DNA from: Octopus vulgaris
Taxonomy: Eukaryota
Direction: 5' to 3'
DNA length: 64,000 bases
Assembly (NCBI GenBank): GCA_951406725.2
Contig: OX597822.1
Span: 46,934,001-46,998,000 of the forward strand
Numbering within the stretch: position 1 is the first letter of the stretch; every line of letters begins with the position of its first letter. Below, one piece after another: positions 25,160 through 37,740 of this stretch. The notes under the pieces are model-generated. The model searched no databases and had not been told where the DNA came from. It saw only the letters and a list, made by a program, of their open reading frames with translations. Position numbers and translations under genes: made by a program.

Positions 25160-25960
25160 GTGTGCTTATATATGTATATGTCTGTGCGTATGCATGTGTG
25201 TATATTATGTATATCTGCGTATATATGAGTATATGTGAATATGTGTGTGTGTACGTGTGTATATATATGTGTGTATATATACATATATATGTTTATGTAT
25301 ATGTGTGTGTATGTATGTGTATGTACGTGTGTATGTATGTGTATGTACGTATGTATATATATGTGTGTACGTATGTATATATGTGTGTACGTATGTTTAT
25401 ATGTGTGTACGTATGTATATATGTGTGTACGTATGTATATATATGTGTGTGTACGTATGTATATATATGTGTGTGTACGTATGTATATGTGTGTGTACGT
25501 ATGTATATATGTGTGTACGTATGTATATATGTGTGTACGTATGTATATATGTGTGTACGTATGTATATATATGTGTGTACGTATGTATATATGTGTGTGT
25601 ACGTATGTATATATGTGTGTGTACGTATGTATATATATATATGTATGTGTACGTATGTATATATGTGTGTGTACGTATGTATATATGTGTGTGTACGTAT
25701 GTATATATGTGTGTACGTATGTATATATATGTGTGTGTACGTATGTATATATATATGTGTGTGTACGTATGTATATATATATGTGTGTGTACGTATGTAT
25801 ATATATATGTGTGTGTACGTATGTATATATATATATGTGCGTGTACGTATGTATATATATGTGTGTATGTATATATATATATGTATGTGTGTATGCATAT
25901 ATATATATGTATGTGTGTATGCATATATATATATGTGTGTATGCATATATATGTATGTTG
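25160..25960. repeat. Compound minisatellite of (TG)nTACGTATG(TA)n units, ~20-28 bp
   Basis: Direct reading. Confidence 0.9.
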
Positions 25961-26043
25961 GGTATGTAAACGTATTCGAGGATGACAAACCTCCATCCTC
26001 CTTTCTACGTTTAAAAAATATATTTTCTACAAAGCCAGCTTGG

Positions 26044-26403
26044 TCAGGCCCAGAACTCCTGAGATCTGATAGCCTTCAGTGAAGGGTTTAATCCCACGAC
26101 CCACATAAGGTTAGCAACGAATTCTAATACCTCCTCTGCAAGTATCTCGACTTCTGAATCGATATCCTCTTTAAAAAGTTTCTCATGTTTAACATCAAAT
26201 TCTTTCATAACGATGGTTACTGAAAGTATATGGAACATTCCTTCATGCCACTTTACTTCCCCTCCTTACAGTCCAAACCTTTTTAAGTAACTAAACCGTT
26301 TCTTTGTGTGGTATGTGACATCAGTTTTGATTCCAAAGTGCATTAAACAATTCCAGACTCCAAAGTACTTCACTTCATAGTTTAAACGACACATCTCTGA
26401 CAT
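26044..26403 (-). pseudogene. Unidentified decayed ORF (~120 codons, one internal stop)
   Basis: [61 protein letters not shown]...EFWA*; internal stop at 26266-26268. Confidence 0.35.
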
Positions 26404-26524
26404 TCTCAAAAAATGTCATTTGTAATTTCCTTGCCCATTCCTGTGTTTGTTGCTGATCTCTATATCCTATACATCTATGTGTGCGAGTATATATAGTTGA
26501 TTGTTTGTTTGTGTGTGTGTGTGT

Positions 26525-26565
26525 AGTCTCGTGTATGTATGTATATATATATATAGTCTCGTGTA

Positions 26566-26609
<44 letters not shown>

Positions 26610-26781
26610 ATATATATATATATATATATAGTCTCGTGTATATGTATATATGTGTATATATATATAGTCTCGTGTATATATGTGTATATGTATATATATA
26701 TATATAGTCTCGTGTATATATTGTGTATGTATATATATATATAGTCTCGTGTATATATATATATATATATAGTCTCGTGTA

Positions 26782-26824
<43 letters not shown>

Positions 26825-26910
26825 GTGTATATATGTATATATATATATATATATAGTCTCGTGTATATATGTATATATATAATATATATATATATATATA
26901 GTCTCGTGTA

Positions 26911-26949
<39 letters not shown>

Positions 26950-26954
26950 GTGTA

Positions 26955-26999
<45 letters not shown>

Positions 27000-27004
27000 G
27001 TGTA

Positions 27005-27043
<39 letters not shown>

Positions 27044-27129
27044 TATATAGTCTCGTGTATATATGTATATATATATATACATAATCTCGTGTATATATAT
27101 ATATATATAGTCTCGTGTATGTATGTATT

Positions 27130-27161
<32 letters not shown>

Positions 27162-27212
27162 TATATGTCTCATGTATGTATATATATATAGTCTCATGTA
27201 TGTATATATATG

Positions 27213-27243
<31 letters not shown>

Positions 27244-27341
27244 ATATATATAGTCTCATGTATGTATGTATATATATGTATATATATATAGTCTATGTAT
27301 GTATATATATATATGTATATATATATAGTTATCTATGTATG

Positions 27342-27375
<34 letters not shown>

Positions 27376-27422
27376 TATATATATATGTATATATATATAG
27401 TCTCATGTATGTATATATATAT

Positions 27423-27454
<32 letters not shown>

Positions 27455-27470
27455 GTCTCATGTATGTATG

Positions 27471-27506
<36 letters not shown>

Positions 27507-27522
27507 GTCTCATGTATGTATG

Positions 27523-27558
<36 letters not shown>

Positions 27559-27608
27559 GTCTCATGTATGTATGTATATATATATATATATATATAGTCT
27601 CATGTATG

Positions 27609-27647
<39 letters not shown>

Positions 27648-27654
27648 ATGTATG

Positions 27655-27695
<41 letters not shown>

Positions 27696-27698
27696 ATG

Positions 27699-27735
<37 letters not shown>

Positions 27736-27775
27736 ATGTATGTATGTATATATATATATATATATATAGTCTCAT
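26525..27775. repeat. (TA)n array punctuated by AGTCTC(G/A)TG
   Basis: Roughly 25-30 units separated by variable (TA)n spacers. Confidence 0.9.
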
Positions 27776-27871
27776 AAAATTAAAAAGTCAGAAAAATAAA
27801 ATGGAGAACCTTGCATCTTTTTGATCTTTCTTCTCCATTTTCTTTTTCTGACTTTTTAATTTTATAAGACT
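27768..27871. repeat. 41-bp inverted repeat with a 22-nt loop
   Basis: 27768-27808 versus the reverse complement of 27831-27871: 2 mismatches. Confidence 0.9.
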
Positions 27872-28020
27872 GCTTATACATATATATTGAGGAACATCCT
27901 ATCAGTATATTTGGCTAAACCCAGTTGGCATCAGGATTGTTTTTAACAACCCTTTACTCGGATATTGTTTCCTCAAATTCTGTATTTTATACATACATAC
28001 ATACATATATATATATATAC

Positions 28021-28089
<69 letters not shown>

Positions 28090-28091
<2 letters not shown>

Positions 28092-28250
28092 TTTTTTCTC
28101 GCTGTTTCACCGAATTCTTTCCTTCTCTCTCAATTACTAAACGGGCGACGATTTCAAACAAATAACGGAGTTTACAACTGAGAATAAATAAAAGATTTTG
28201 AAGATTGGGCGGGAGACAAAGAAATATGAACAGAAAAAAAGAGTAAGTGG
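28090..28250. promoter_or_regulatory. Candidate promoter or first exon
   Basis: Unique CpG-containing sequence with ATTGGGCGGG (inverted CCAAT plus GC box, 28204-28213) and a GTAAGT donor at 28243. Confidence 0.3.
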
Positions 28251-28449
28251 GATGGAGACGTAAACAACACACACACACATCCGTACGTAGATGGTTACGA
28301 GGAAAGATAATAACAGGTGGATACAGAACCAGACAAGTAGAAACATTATGTGTCTACGAGGCAATCTCACACAGTCACATCTCCTTCATGTCACTCCATA
28401 CTCATCTCAAAGGAAGAACGCATTAGATAATGTATTAATAGTCCAAAAT

Positions 28450-28822
28450 ACACTTTCAGTGATCTTTTACTTGTTTCTGTCACTAGACTACGGCTATTCC
28501 TGGGGTATCGTCTTGAAGTGTTTGGTCGAAATAATCAACCCCAGTAATTATCGTTTTTTAACGTCAGGTACTTTATCGTTTCTTTTTGCCGACCCGCTAA
28601 ATTAGGGGATGTAAACAAACCAACGGTTGTCAAGTGATGGTGGGGAACAAGCACACGCACACACACACACAGGGCTTCCATTGTAGTTTCCGTCTACCAA
28701 ATTTACCCAACATTGCTCAGCCCAGGTTCATAGTGGAAGACATTTGCCCAAGGTGCTGTGCAGTGGGACTGAACTTAGAGCCATGTTGTTGCAAAGCGGG
28801 TATCTTAACCTCACAACCATGC
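28450..28822 (-). mobile_element. SINE family B copy
   Basis: Reverse complement of the family B head and tail. Confidence 0.75.
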
Positions 28823-29424
28823 ATGTTCTATACACTGTCTGGAGAGGGGTGGGGGAAAGGACAAGATAATCATTGTTTAAATGTCTTTGATTCCTATCAC
28901 GACTGACTTGGGGCTAAATATGAACAACTAAAGATAATATATCTTGTTTAACCCCAAGTCAACTCCAAAATATATTACCAAAAGGGTCCTAGTCATGATC
29001 ATCATGCTATCTTTTTTGCATACATTGATGGTAGTATATGATTTGAGAGAGATTTGACTGCTATATCTTGCAGGTTGAGCAACTGCATAGTGGTTCCCTT
29101 GTTTGCTTGTCAGTTTTGCTCTAACATGAAAGATATGTCATCTTATCTGACTGACGTTTGCTTAAACCTCTTTTAAAACAACACAAACGAAATTTCCTCC
29201 TTTCTCTTATTACACAGGATTGGTTCTGTTGTGCTTTCTGATGACAAATAGCTTTAAATATTTCAATATTACTAGTCCAACCCCTGCCAGCATGGAAAAC
29301 AGATATTAAATTATGATGATGATAATTTTGAGTGTATATATTATCTATGTGTATTAACTTGTATCCGTTTCTTGCTTTCATCATTGGACTGCATCATTGG
29401 ACACATATATATATATGTGTGTGT

Positions 29425-29700
29425 GGAGGCGCAATGGCCCAGCGGACTCGCGGTTTCGATTCCCAGACCGGGCGTTGTGAGTGTTTATTGAGCGAAAACA
29501 CCTAAAGCTCCACGAGCCTCTGGCAGGGGGTGGTGGCGATCCCTGCTGTACTCTTTCGCCACGACTTTCTCTCACTCTTTCTTCTGTTGGCCTGCCTGCT
29601 TAGCCAGCAGGGTGGCGTCATTTGAAGGCTAAAACAATGTGAAGCGCATTGTGACCAGTGATGTGTAGCAACATCTGATAGCTTGGTCGGTCACGGTGAT
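29425..29700 (+). mobile_element. tRNA-derived SINE (distinct family, head partly deleted)
   Basis: GGAGGCGCAATGGCCCAG...GGTTTCGATTCCC A/B-box-like head; GC-rich body between microsatellites. Confidence 0.55.
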
Positions 29701-31074
29701 ATATATATGTGTGTGTGTGTACATGATATGGTTCTCCAGCATGACCACAGCCACCTGGCTGAAACACATAAAAGAATGTATATATAATTGTTAAAAAGGA
29801 CAACAAACGTTAAGGCAAGGCAGACATCTCGAGTCATATACTTATTATTATATTATTATTGGAAAAAATTCGAATTCTTACTGCTGTTTCTGGGATATTC
29901 TGGGATATCAGAGACAAATAGGGAAATGAGAATGGTATCAGAAATCTGCAATGGCTTCATAACTACTGTCTCGGCTACAACCTTGGAGCACTAGTAATCT
30001 GTTACAGCACTTACCTAGCATACCTAATTGTTTAGATCACCTGTGAACTAAACCCCCATACTTTGTAAGTATATATACACATACATATATATATATATGA
30101 TGAACTCTCCCATTATTGACCGCTTATGAGCATTCAGCTTTTGCCAAACGACCTGTACAAGAGATTTGTTTATAGTGATGCCACACATTAGCTTACTCTC
30201 TCTCCATCAAATCGATGTTGTCTGAACAGGTGCACTGTATACCACGCATTTGGAGATGAAGTGTTTTGCTAAAGAACACAACGCACTATCCAATCTAGGA
30301 ATTGAAATCACGATCTCCTGATCGTGAGTGCAACACCCTAACCACTACTCCATACACCCTCACACACACACACATACTCGCGCACATATATAGTCATCAG
30401 CATCTGTTTTCTATGCTGGCATGGACTGGACATTTTGACAGGAGCTGGCAAAGCTGAGAGCTGTACCAAGCTCCATTGTCTGTTTGGCATGGTTTCTACA
30501 GCTGGATGCTCTTCCTAATGCCAAACACTTTACAGTGTGTATTGGATGCTTTTTATATGGCACCATCACTGACAGGGTTACCAAGTACCTTAGCAGGCTT
30601 CCACACAGTTTCCATCTCCCAAATTTACTCGCAAGATATCTGTCAGCCTGAAGCTGTTGAAGAAGACACTTGCCCAAGATGCTGTGCAGTGGGACTGAAC
30701 CCCAAACCACTTTGTTACAAAGCTAGCATCTTAACCTCTCAGTTATATATGTATCTATACTTGCGTGTTCGTTCTTTTTTCTCTTTTTCATTTAGAGCTA
30801 AATTTAACCAGTCACCTCCTTGATAATAAGGTTACAAAGGAAAGCCATTTGTTTTGTTCATTTTTTAAATCTTAGTCTTGCAAATGTTTCTTGTCCCAGA
30901 TATATGTAGTATGTGTGTGTATATATCTACATATTCCAACAAACATATGTGCAAAATGCATGTGTATGTATATAATTATCTATGTATGTAAAACAAGTTA
31001 TGGGAACTAACTCAAAATGACCAATAGCATGAATTTGGATAATTAAATTGATGAACTAAATGCCACATATTGTC

Positions 31075-31120
31075 TATTATAGACATGTGTTTCAGTCTAC
31101 TTGACCTCGTCTGCATAATA
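31075..31120 (-). other. Type I hammerhead relic with one core substitution
   Basis: TATTATG-CAGACGA-GGTC-aagta-GACT-GAAAC-ACAT-GTC-TATAATA: 7-bp stem I, 4-bp stem II, GUC triplet; U4 replaced by A. Confidence 0.6.
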
Positions 31121-31149
31121 AAGTCTTTTTACTTATTTGCAGACTCAGA

Positions 31150-32340
31150 TTGTCATTATCATCATCATTTCCTGAACATTGCTAAGCAATGAGTACTTTG
31201 TAGTCATGTGACCTCTGATGACTATGAAGTCTGATTCTGGAGAGATAGGTATATCTGCAGGTGGAGCATGTAAAGCCTTGCTGCTGTTGACTTCCAGGCT
31301 CCTGCATATGCTGCCAGGCGTGGCATGCCACTTCATTCTGCAGTAGAACTTCTTGGAGTCTGGTGGTGCCAGCCTTGTATACGTCACGCCAGCTAGTGTG
31401 ATCTGCAGCCATTGATTCAAGACTGTTGGAAGGGATATGACACATTTTCCGCATTGCCTTTAGGGGACCTTTAAAGTACTTGCGCTGATCACCAACAGAG
31501 TGTCTTCCATCTTCAAGTTCACTGTACATAACAAGGCGGGGCAATTGATTTGAAGGCATTCGAATGACATGTCCTGCCCATCTACGTTGGCAGTTAGCGA
31601 TTGTTACCTCCAATGGCTGGCTGTTCGGCAACATATCTCGGCAGGTGGGATCTTGTTCCACCAGTGTAAGTGAAGGAGTTATTGAAAGTGAGAGATATGA
31701 AACTGTTTGGGCATTGTGATATGACACCAGTAGGGCATCCAAGACTCACAGCCATATAGCACAATTGAGACACAAACAGCATTGTAGATAGCCACTCTTG
31801 TTCTGATGTTGATCCTTTTGTTGAGAAGGATGCAAGTACTTAGCCGACCAAATGTAGCAGAGCCAAGACAAATACGGCACTGAATATTGTCTGTCAGATT
31901 GAGGGTGTTGTTGAGGACTGAACCAAGGTACATGAATTGGTTAACATGAACAATTGTCGCATCTTCAACATGGAAGGAGCATGGGTTAGTGTTGGGAACA
32001 CAAGACTGTCAGAGGATTTCCATCTTCTTGGTATTGATGACTAGGCCAGCATGGCTGTATGCATCTGACATGTGGTCCAAGAGCCTTTGAAGGCCAGCAG
32101 AGCTATGGCTGACAAGTGCCATATTGCAACTCGAAGAAGTGTTGAGATGACACCTTTGTTACAGATTCCAGGTGCCTCAGATTGAAAATACTGCCATCCA
32201 GCTGGCACCTGATAGTTATTGCATCTTTCTGCTTGAATGAATGCCTGGCGTGGAGGGCTATGGCTGCCATGTGGAAGTTGAAGACGACTGGGGCAAGTAA
32301 GCATCCTTGCTTGACACCGACTTGGACCAGGAAGAAGTCA
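31150..32340 (-). mobile_element. RTE-clade LINE, 3' ~1.2 kb, frameshifted
   Basis: GVKQGCLLAP, YLGSVL, VLYGCESW, RWAGHVIRMP, FTCSTC...SRIRLHSHQR; (GAT)n tail at ~31155-31168. Confidence 0.9.
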
Positions 32341-32669
32341 GAATTTATATCATTTTTACAGTTTATACTCTTCTACTTACATAACCCCACATTGTATTGT
32401 CCAGTACCATTCCCAATGTTTTTTATGAACCCTTAGTGATAAAGAAAGCATTATTATTGTTACTACTGCTACTACTACTACTTGTAATATTTCATAGCAT
32501 ACTGCTAGATTGCTTTAAGTATTACATGCTTCAATCCTTTTTGAGTATAAATTGCTGAAATTGGGGTGTGTCTAATATGCCCATGCATATTAGACACATG
32601 TGTGTATGTGTATTAATATACGATGCCTGTTGAGACAGAAACATGTCAATGGTTATCTTCTTATCTCCA

Positions 32670-33200
32670 GATGTAAAAACTCTTGAAAGATACTACCAAT
32701 GCTCCCTTCAAAGTATTCTGAATATCAGTTGGGAAGAAAGAAGGACAAACATCAGCGTGTTGAAAGAAGCCAACATTACCTCCATTGAAGCTAGTATCAT
32801 CCAGAAACAGCTAAGATGGACTGGTCATGTTGTCCAGATGAAAAACAATCATCTACTGAAGCAGCTTCTCTACTCCCAAGTAAAAGAAGGATAACAAAGA
32901 AGAGGAGGGCAAAAGAAAAGATTCAAAGATGTCCTGAAAGCAATTTCAAGAAATGTAATATTGACACCCAGAACTGGCAGAGAAATGATCAAGGTCGAGA
33001 ATGCTGGAGATCTATCATTAAAGAAGAACTAACAACTTTTGAGACTAGTTGGTCTGCTAAGCAAGAAGAAAAGAGGAGGCACAGAAAAGATAGGCGAGAA
33101 CAACCAAGAAGGTATCCTCCGTCCGGAACCACCTGTCCCTCTTGTGGAAGGAACTTCTGAACAAAAATGCAACTCCTCAGCCACCTCAGAATCCATTTAT
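32670..33200 (+). mobile_element. RTE-clade LINE 3' fragment
   Basis: LQSILNISWEERRTNISVL, QLRWTGHVVQM, KQLLYSQ, CPSCGRNF. Confidence 0.85.
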
Positions 33201-33232
33201 AACTATTTGAAGAAAAAATACACAGATAAATA

Positions 33233-33545
33233 CAGTAGAACCTCGGTTTATGAATTTAATTCATCCTTGAAGGCTGTTTGTTGCCCAAAATGTTCATAAA
33301 CTGAAATTATTTCTCCCACAGGAAATTCAAGAGAAGGTACAACAAATTCGAGCAAGGATATGTACTGAGTGAAAGCTAGGCACCAACTGATGCTCTCCCA
33401 CTGATAACCCCAGCTTGTCACCAATCACTGTTGCTGGCTTACATGTTTGTAGTCAAGACACCATTCATCACCTGAAACATTTTATGTTTGGAAAATTGTT
33501 GGTCTTGTTCTTGATGAGAGGCATTCATAAACTGAGATTCCACTG
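33233..33545. mobile_element. Tigger-like MITE with TA TSD
   Basis: TA-CAGTAGAACCTCGGTTTATGAA ... TTCATAAACTGAGATTCCACTG-TA. Confidence 0.8.
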
Positions 33546-34204
33546 TATGTCATCATCATCATCTTCATCATTTGATGTCCATGTTCCATGTTAGCATTGG
33601 TTGGATAGTTTGATAGGCCCTGATGGGTCTAAGAACTGCATTGTCTACCAGTGTCTGCTTTGGCATGGTTCCTATGGCTTGATGCCCCCCCCCCCCCATG
33701 TGTGTGTGTGTACACCTGTTTTCTTTTAGTTTTTACTTGTTTCAGTAATTGGACTGCTGCCAGTGGGTGTCTTCTATTGAGAGGAACTGTGTCTATGACC
33801 TTTGTAGGCTCTCAAGGCGACTAGATTCATACAATGTAATTTGAGGGAGATTTATCTGCTATTTCTAGCAAATTGTGAAACAAAGCAAAGACTTGGACTG
33901 TGCCAAGAAATCCTTGTGATTGCTGTTGCATATCTTAATAGCTAAGAACCACAACTCATAGGTTCTAAATATAGTAACAAATATTTAAACTTATAACCTA
34001 TATAGGTGCAAGTGCACACACACCTCCCCTCTGCTGTGCCTGTGTCAGATTGAGGTCAACCATGTAAAATGTTATTCATCTCCACTAATCCCATTCCATC
34101 AACACTTGTTACCTACCCCTCATCTAAAAACAACAAGGTGATCAAAATACCTGTCTATCCACTTAATTACCCTGTGACTACTCACACAAATGAACACGGT
34201 ATAC

Positions 34205-34628
34205 TTTTATCTTTTACCTGTTTCAGTCACCAGACAATGGGGTGGAGAGAGTCACTGGCTGGCCATGCTGGGGCACCACCTTGAGGAAATTTAGTCAAAG
34301 AAATCAACCCCAAGTGCTTATTTGTTTGAACTTGGCACTTATTCTGTCAGTCTGTTTTGTGAAACCACTAAGTGGTGGGGACATAAACACACCAGCACCG
34401 GTTGTCAAGCAGTGGAGGACAACACAGATACAAAGACACACACACACGTGTGTGTGTGTGTATACATTGGGCTTCTTTCAATTTCCATCTACCTAATCCA
34501 CTTGTAGAGCTTTGGTCAGCTTGAGGCTGTAGTAGAAGACACTTGCCCAAGGTGCCATGCAGTGGGACTGAACCTGGAACCATGTGGTTGGGAAGCAAAC
34601 TTCTTACCATACACTCATGCCTGCACCT
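34205..34628 (-). mobile_element. SINE family B near full-length copy, CpG-depleted
   Basis: Reverse complement of the family B consensus. Confidence 0.8.
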
Positions 34629-36397
34629 ATATATGTGTGTGTGTCTATACACGCACACACACACCATCTCAGAATTTTGGTTTTGTAATTATACACCCAT
34701 TTATTAAAGGAGCCTTTTCTTAGACATTTTATGTACTGCTGAATCTGTCAATAACAGCCAAATTTCCCCCAAATTACAGCCTGACATCTTATAAATAAAA
34801 GAGCACTTTAGATAATATGCTAGATATTCTGTCAGAATAGAAGATGGGATTGTCATGGCTGGAACAGTTTTAATAATAGATCTACTGGATCAGGGTTGAA
34901 TTGAGGTTAATTAAAAAACAGAAATAATATTTACTCATAAGTATGTGACTGTTCAGGTGACAGTAAACTTCTATGCAGCTTTCTGACATTCAAAAAGCTT
35001 CTCCATCCCCGCACTATAAACTCTGTTGAAAAGAAAAGAAAAAGGTTCATTGAATAATGTAGTTCTAGATACACCTGGCTGTGACTAAAAAGTTCACCTT
35101 GCAACCACGTGGTTTCAGGTTCAATCTCAGTGCACAACACCTTGGTCAAGTGTCTTCTACTGTAGCCCTGGACCAAAAAATACCTTGTGAATGAATTTGG
35201 TTGACGGAAACTGTATGGAAGCTCATCATTTGTCTGTGTGTGTATGTCATTGTGCTTGTCCTCTACCGTTTGATAGCCAGTGATGGTTTGATTATGTCCC
35301 TGTAACTTAGTGGTTCAACTAAGACATGAATAGAATAAGTATCAGAAAGAAAGGAAACAATAAGTACAAGGGTCAGTTTGTTTGCCTAAACCCCCTCAAA
35401 CCCGAGCCCCAGCATGGCCACAGTCCAATGACTGAAACAAGATACTATACAAATACATGAACCAACCAAGCAACCCTACTCATCTAAGATCACCTTAACC
35501 ATCAAAAACAGGAAGACTCGTTGAACTGTTTTCCAACCTACAAAAAAAAAAAGCCTTCTTGGAGTAGCTGCATCCATTCTAACCACTCTTATCACACCTA
35601 CCCACTTTTTCACAAATTTATTGAAATAAAGCCCTTCCTTATCCACCCTAATTTTCATTTCCAAATGGAACATGATCGAAGAGGAAAGTGTCTATCTTTA
35701 GTTCTTTCAGCCTCATCAACCATAAAATTTTCTTCTCCATAGCTGCCAGACAAAGGAAAAATGTCTGTCTTGTCCTATTGTAGGAAGGTGGCATGGTAAT
35801 CTTCATGATGGACTTGGCTGATAGCCAAATCCATTCTACATATGGCAACAGCTGTTCAACATAACTCTGCTTATCAACTATGTTTGAACACTGAACAAGT
35901 GCATGCAGGGTGTATTCATTGCTCTACATGCATCTCGGATGAATATATAATCTTTCACTATTTGGTTAATCACTTGTAGTGTATGGCAAAATAGAAAACA
36001 AGTCTGTGTTTCTGTGTTAAACCACCACACACACACTTCCATAAGTAGTCACATGTACTCCTGCTGAATGAAACACTCCTGCTTTCACTCACAAAAGCAT
36101 TTGGCCATGATCACACAAGTTTTTCATTTTGTGTCAAAAAATGACATACAAAACTAACAGTGTGAGCCTAGTTTGTGATCTAACTTGACTTTTGGTTGTT
36201 GTTAATCTCTAGATTTTTCCTAATCCAGTAGATCTGTAGCCAAACATTCCAGCTATGACCATCCCATTTATTATTCAATAATAGTGTATCTATGATCACA
36301 TTATCCAGTGTGTTTTCCCATTTTATTTTAAAACAGGTCTGAGGGAGATAGAGTTGTTCATCTCATTTTTGTTTTTCAATATTTCAGTTCATTTTAA

Positions 36398-36862
36398 GGC
36401 AGCAAGCTGGAAGAATTCTTGCCATGCAGGGCAAAATGCTTAGCAGCATTTCATCTGTCTTTACACTCTGAGTCCAAATTCCACTGAAGTCAACCTTGTC
36501 ATTTTTTCAGGGTTGATTAAATAAGTACCAGTTGAGTACTGGGGTCAATGTAATCACCTAGACCCTTGCCCTGAACTTGCTGGCCTTATGCCAAAATTTG
36601 AAATCAGTATTCCAGATTATTTGGGCTCCCAATGTCTTTGTAAAAGGCATGGCAGCAAGCTGACATAAGTATTTGCATGGCAGGCAAAATGCTTAGCGAT
36701 ATTTCATCTGACTTAATGTTTCGAGTTCAAATTCTGCCATGGCTGACTTTGCTTTTCATTCTTTCAGGGTCATTAGAATAGGTACAAGTTGAGCACTGGG
36801 GTTGATATAATTGACTTATGCCCTGTCCGAAATTGCTGGCCTTGTGCCAAAATTTGAAGCCA
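36398..36862 (+). mobile_element. Two tandem CpG-depleted SINE family A copies
   Basis: GGCAGCAAGCTG heads at ~36398 and ~36650; CpG to TpG/CpA changes relative to 11356. Confidence 0.75.
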
Positions 36863-37407
36863 GTATATTTGTAAAAGACATAAACATCCCAACTCACTTC
36901 CTAAAGTAACAATGGGGTATGAGTCTGGGTGTATGGTGAAGAGGTTCACCTGACAGCTACATGGATATTCATGTTTGAAGCTACTGCACAGCACCTTGGG
37001 CAAGTGTCTTCTACTGTAGCCTTGTTTCAGTCAAAGCTTTGAATGAAATTAGGTCAATGGAAAGTGGACAGAAGCTCATTGAGGGTGACTTGTTGTTTGT
37101 AAATAGCAAACTTTATCTATTTCCTAGTTGAACTCTATCTCTGAGGTCAGGTTTCTGGTCTGAGGATAACTTCCCCCTGCCAATCAAAGGGTACTAGTTG
37201 CTTTTCTTCCTCTGCTATTCTTTTTTTATTTTTTATTCATTTCAATAATTGGATTGTGGTCATGTTGGGGTTACCCCTAAGTTATGGGGGATGTAAACAA
37301 ACCAGTTGTCAAGTGATTGGAAGAAAATTACACACACATTTGTCCCACCCATGCTAGCATGGAGGGCAGACGTTACATGATGATGATGATGTGTATGTGT
37401 GTGTATA

Positions 37408-37439
<32 letters not shown>

Positions 37440-37519
37440 TGAGGGAATATTATTCCAAACTTACAGGGAAAAATTCAATTTAGAAATACTAAATCAAATT
37501 TCACAAAATATAATATATA

Positions 37520-37740
37520 TATATATATAAATTAGAAAAAAAAAACACCATTATGCCATTTAGAAAAATTACATATTATAGAAAGATTAAATGTAAGATA
37601 TAACATATAACAATGATTAAGTAATATGCAAAATAGTAAATAAAACGTATATATTTGGTAGTAATTTTTCTAAATGGTATAATTTAATTTTTCATTATTG
37701 AATTGATAAAAGGTGTTTTTTTTCTAATTTATATATATAT
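37520..37740. repeat. AT-rich fold-back (MITE-like)
   Basis: ATAAATTAGAAAAAAAAAACACC / GGTGTTTTTTTTCTAATTTAT and CCATTTAGAAAAATTAC / GTAATTTTTCTAAATGG. Confidence 0.75.

Noticed and set aside
26525-27775. CRISPR-like repeat-spacer appearance
   Set aside because: The repeat is only ~9 nt, spacers are (TA)n, there are no cas genes and the context is eukaryotic.
31150-33200. Twin-priming inversion of a single LINE
   Set aside because: Both pieces encode the same C-terminal region with clearly different sequences, so they are independent insertions.
35476-35860. Short ORFs in unique-looking sequence
   Set aside because: No recognisable motif or splice structure; cannot be supported as coding.
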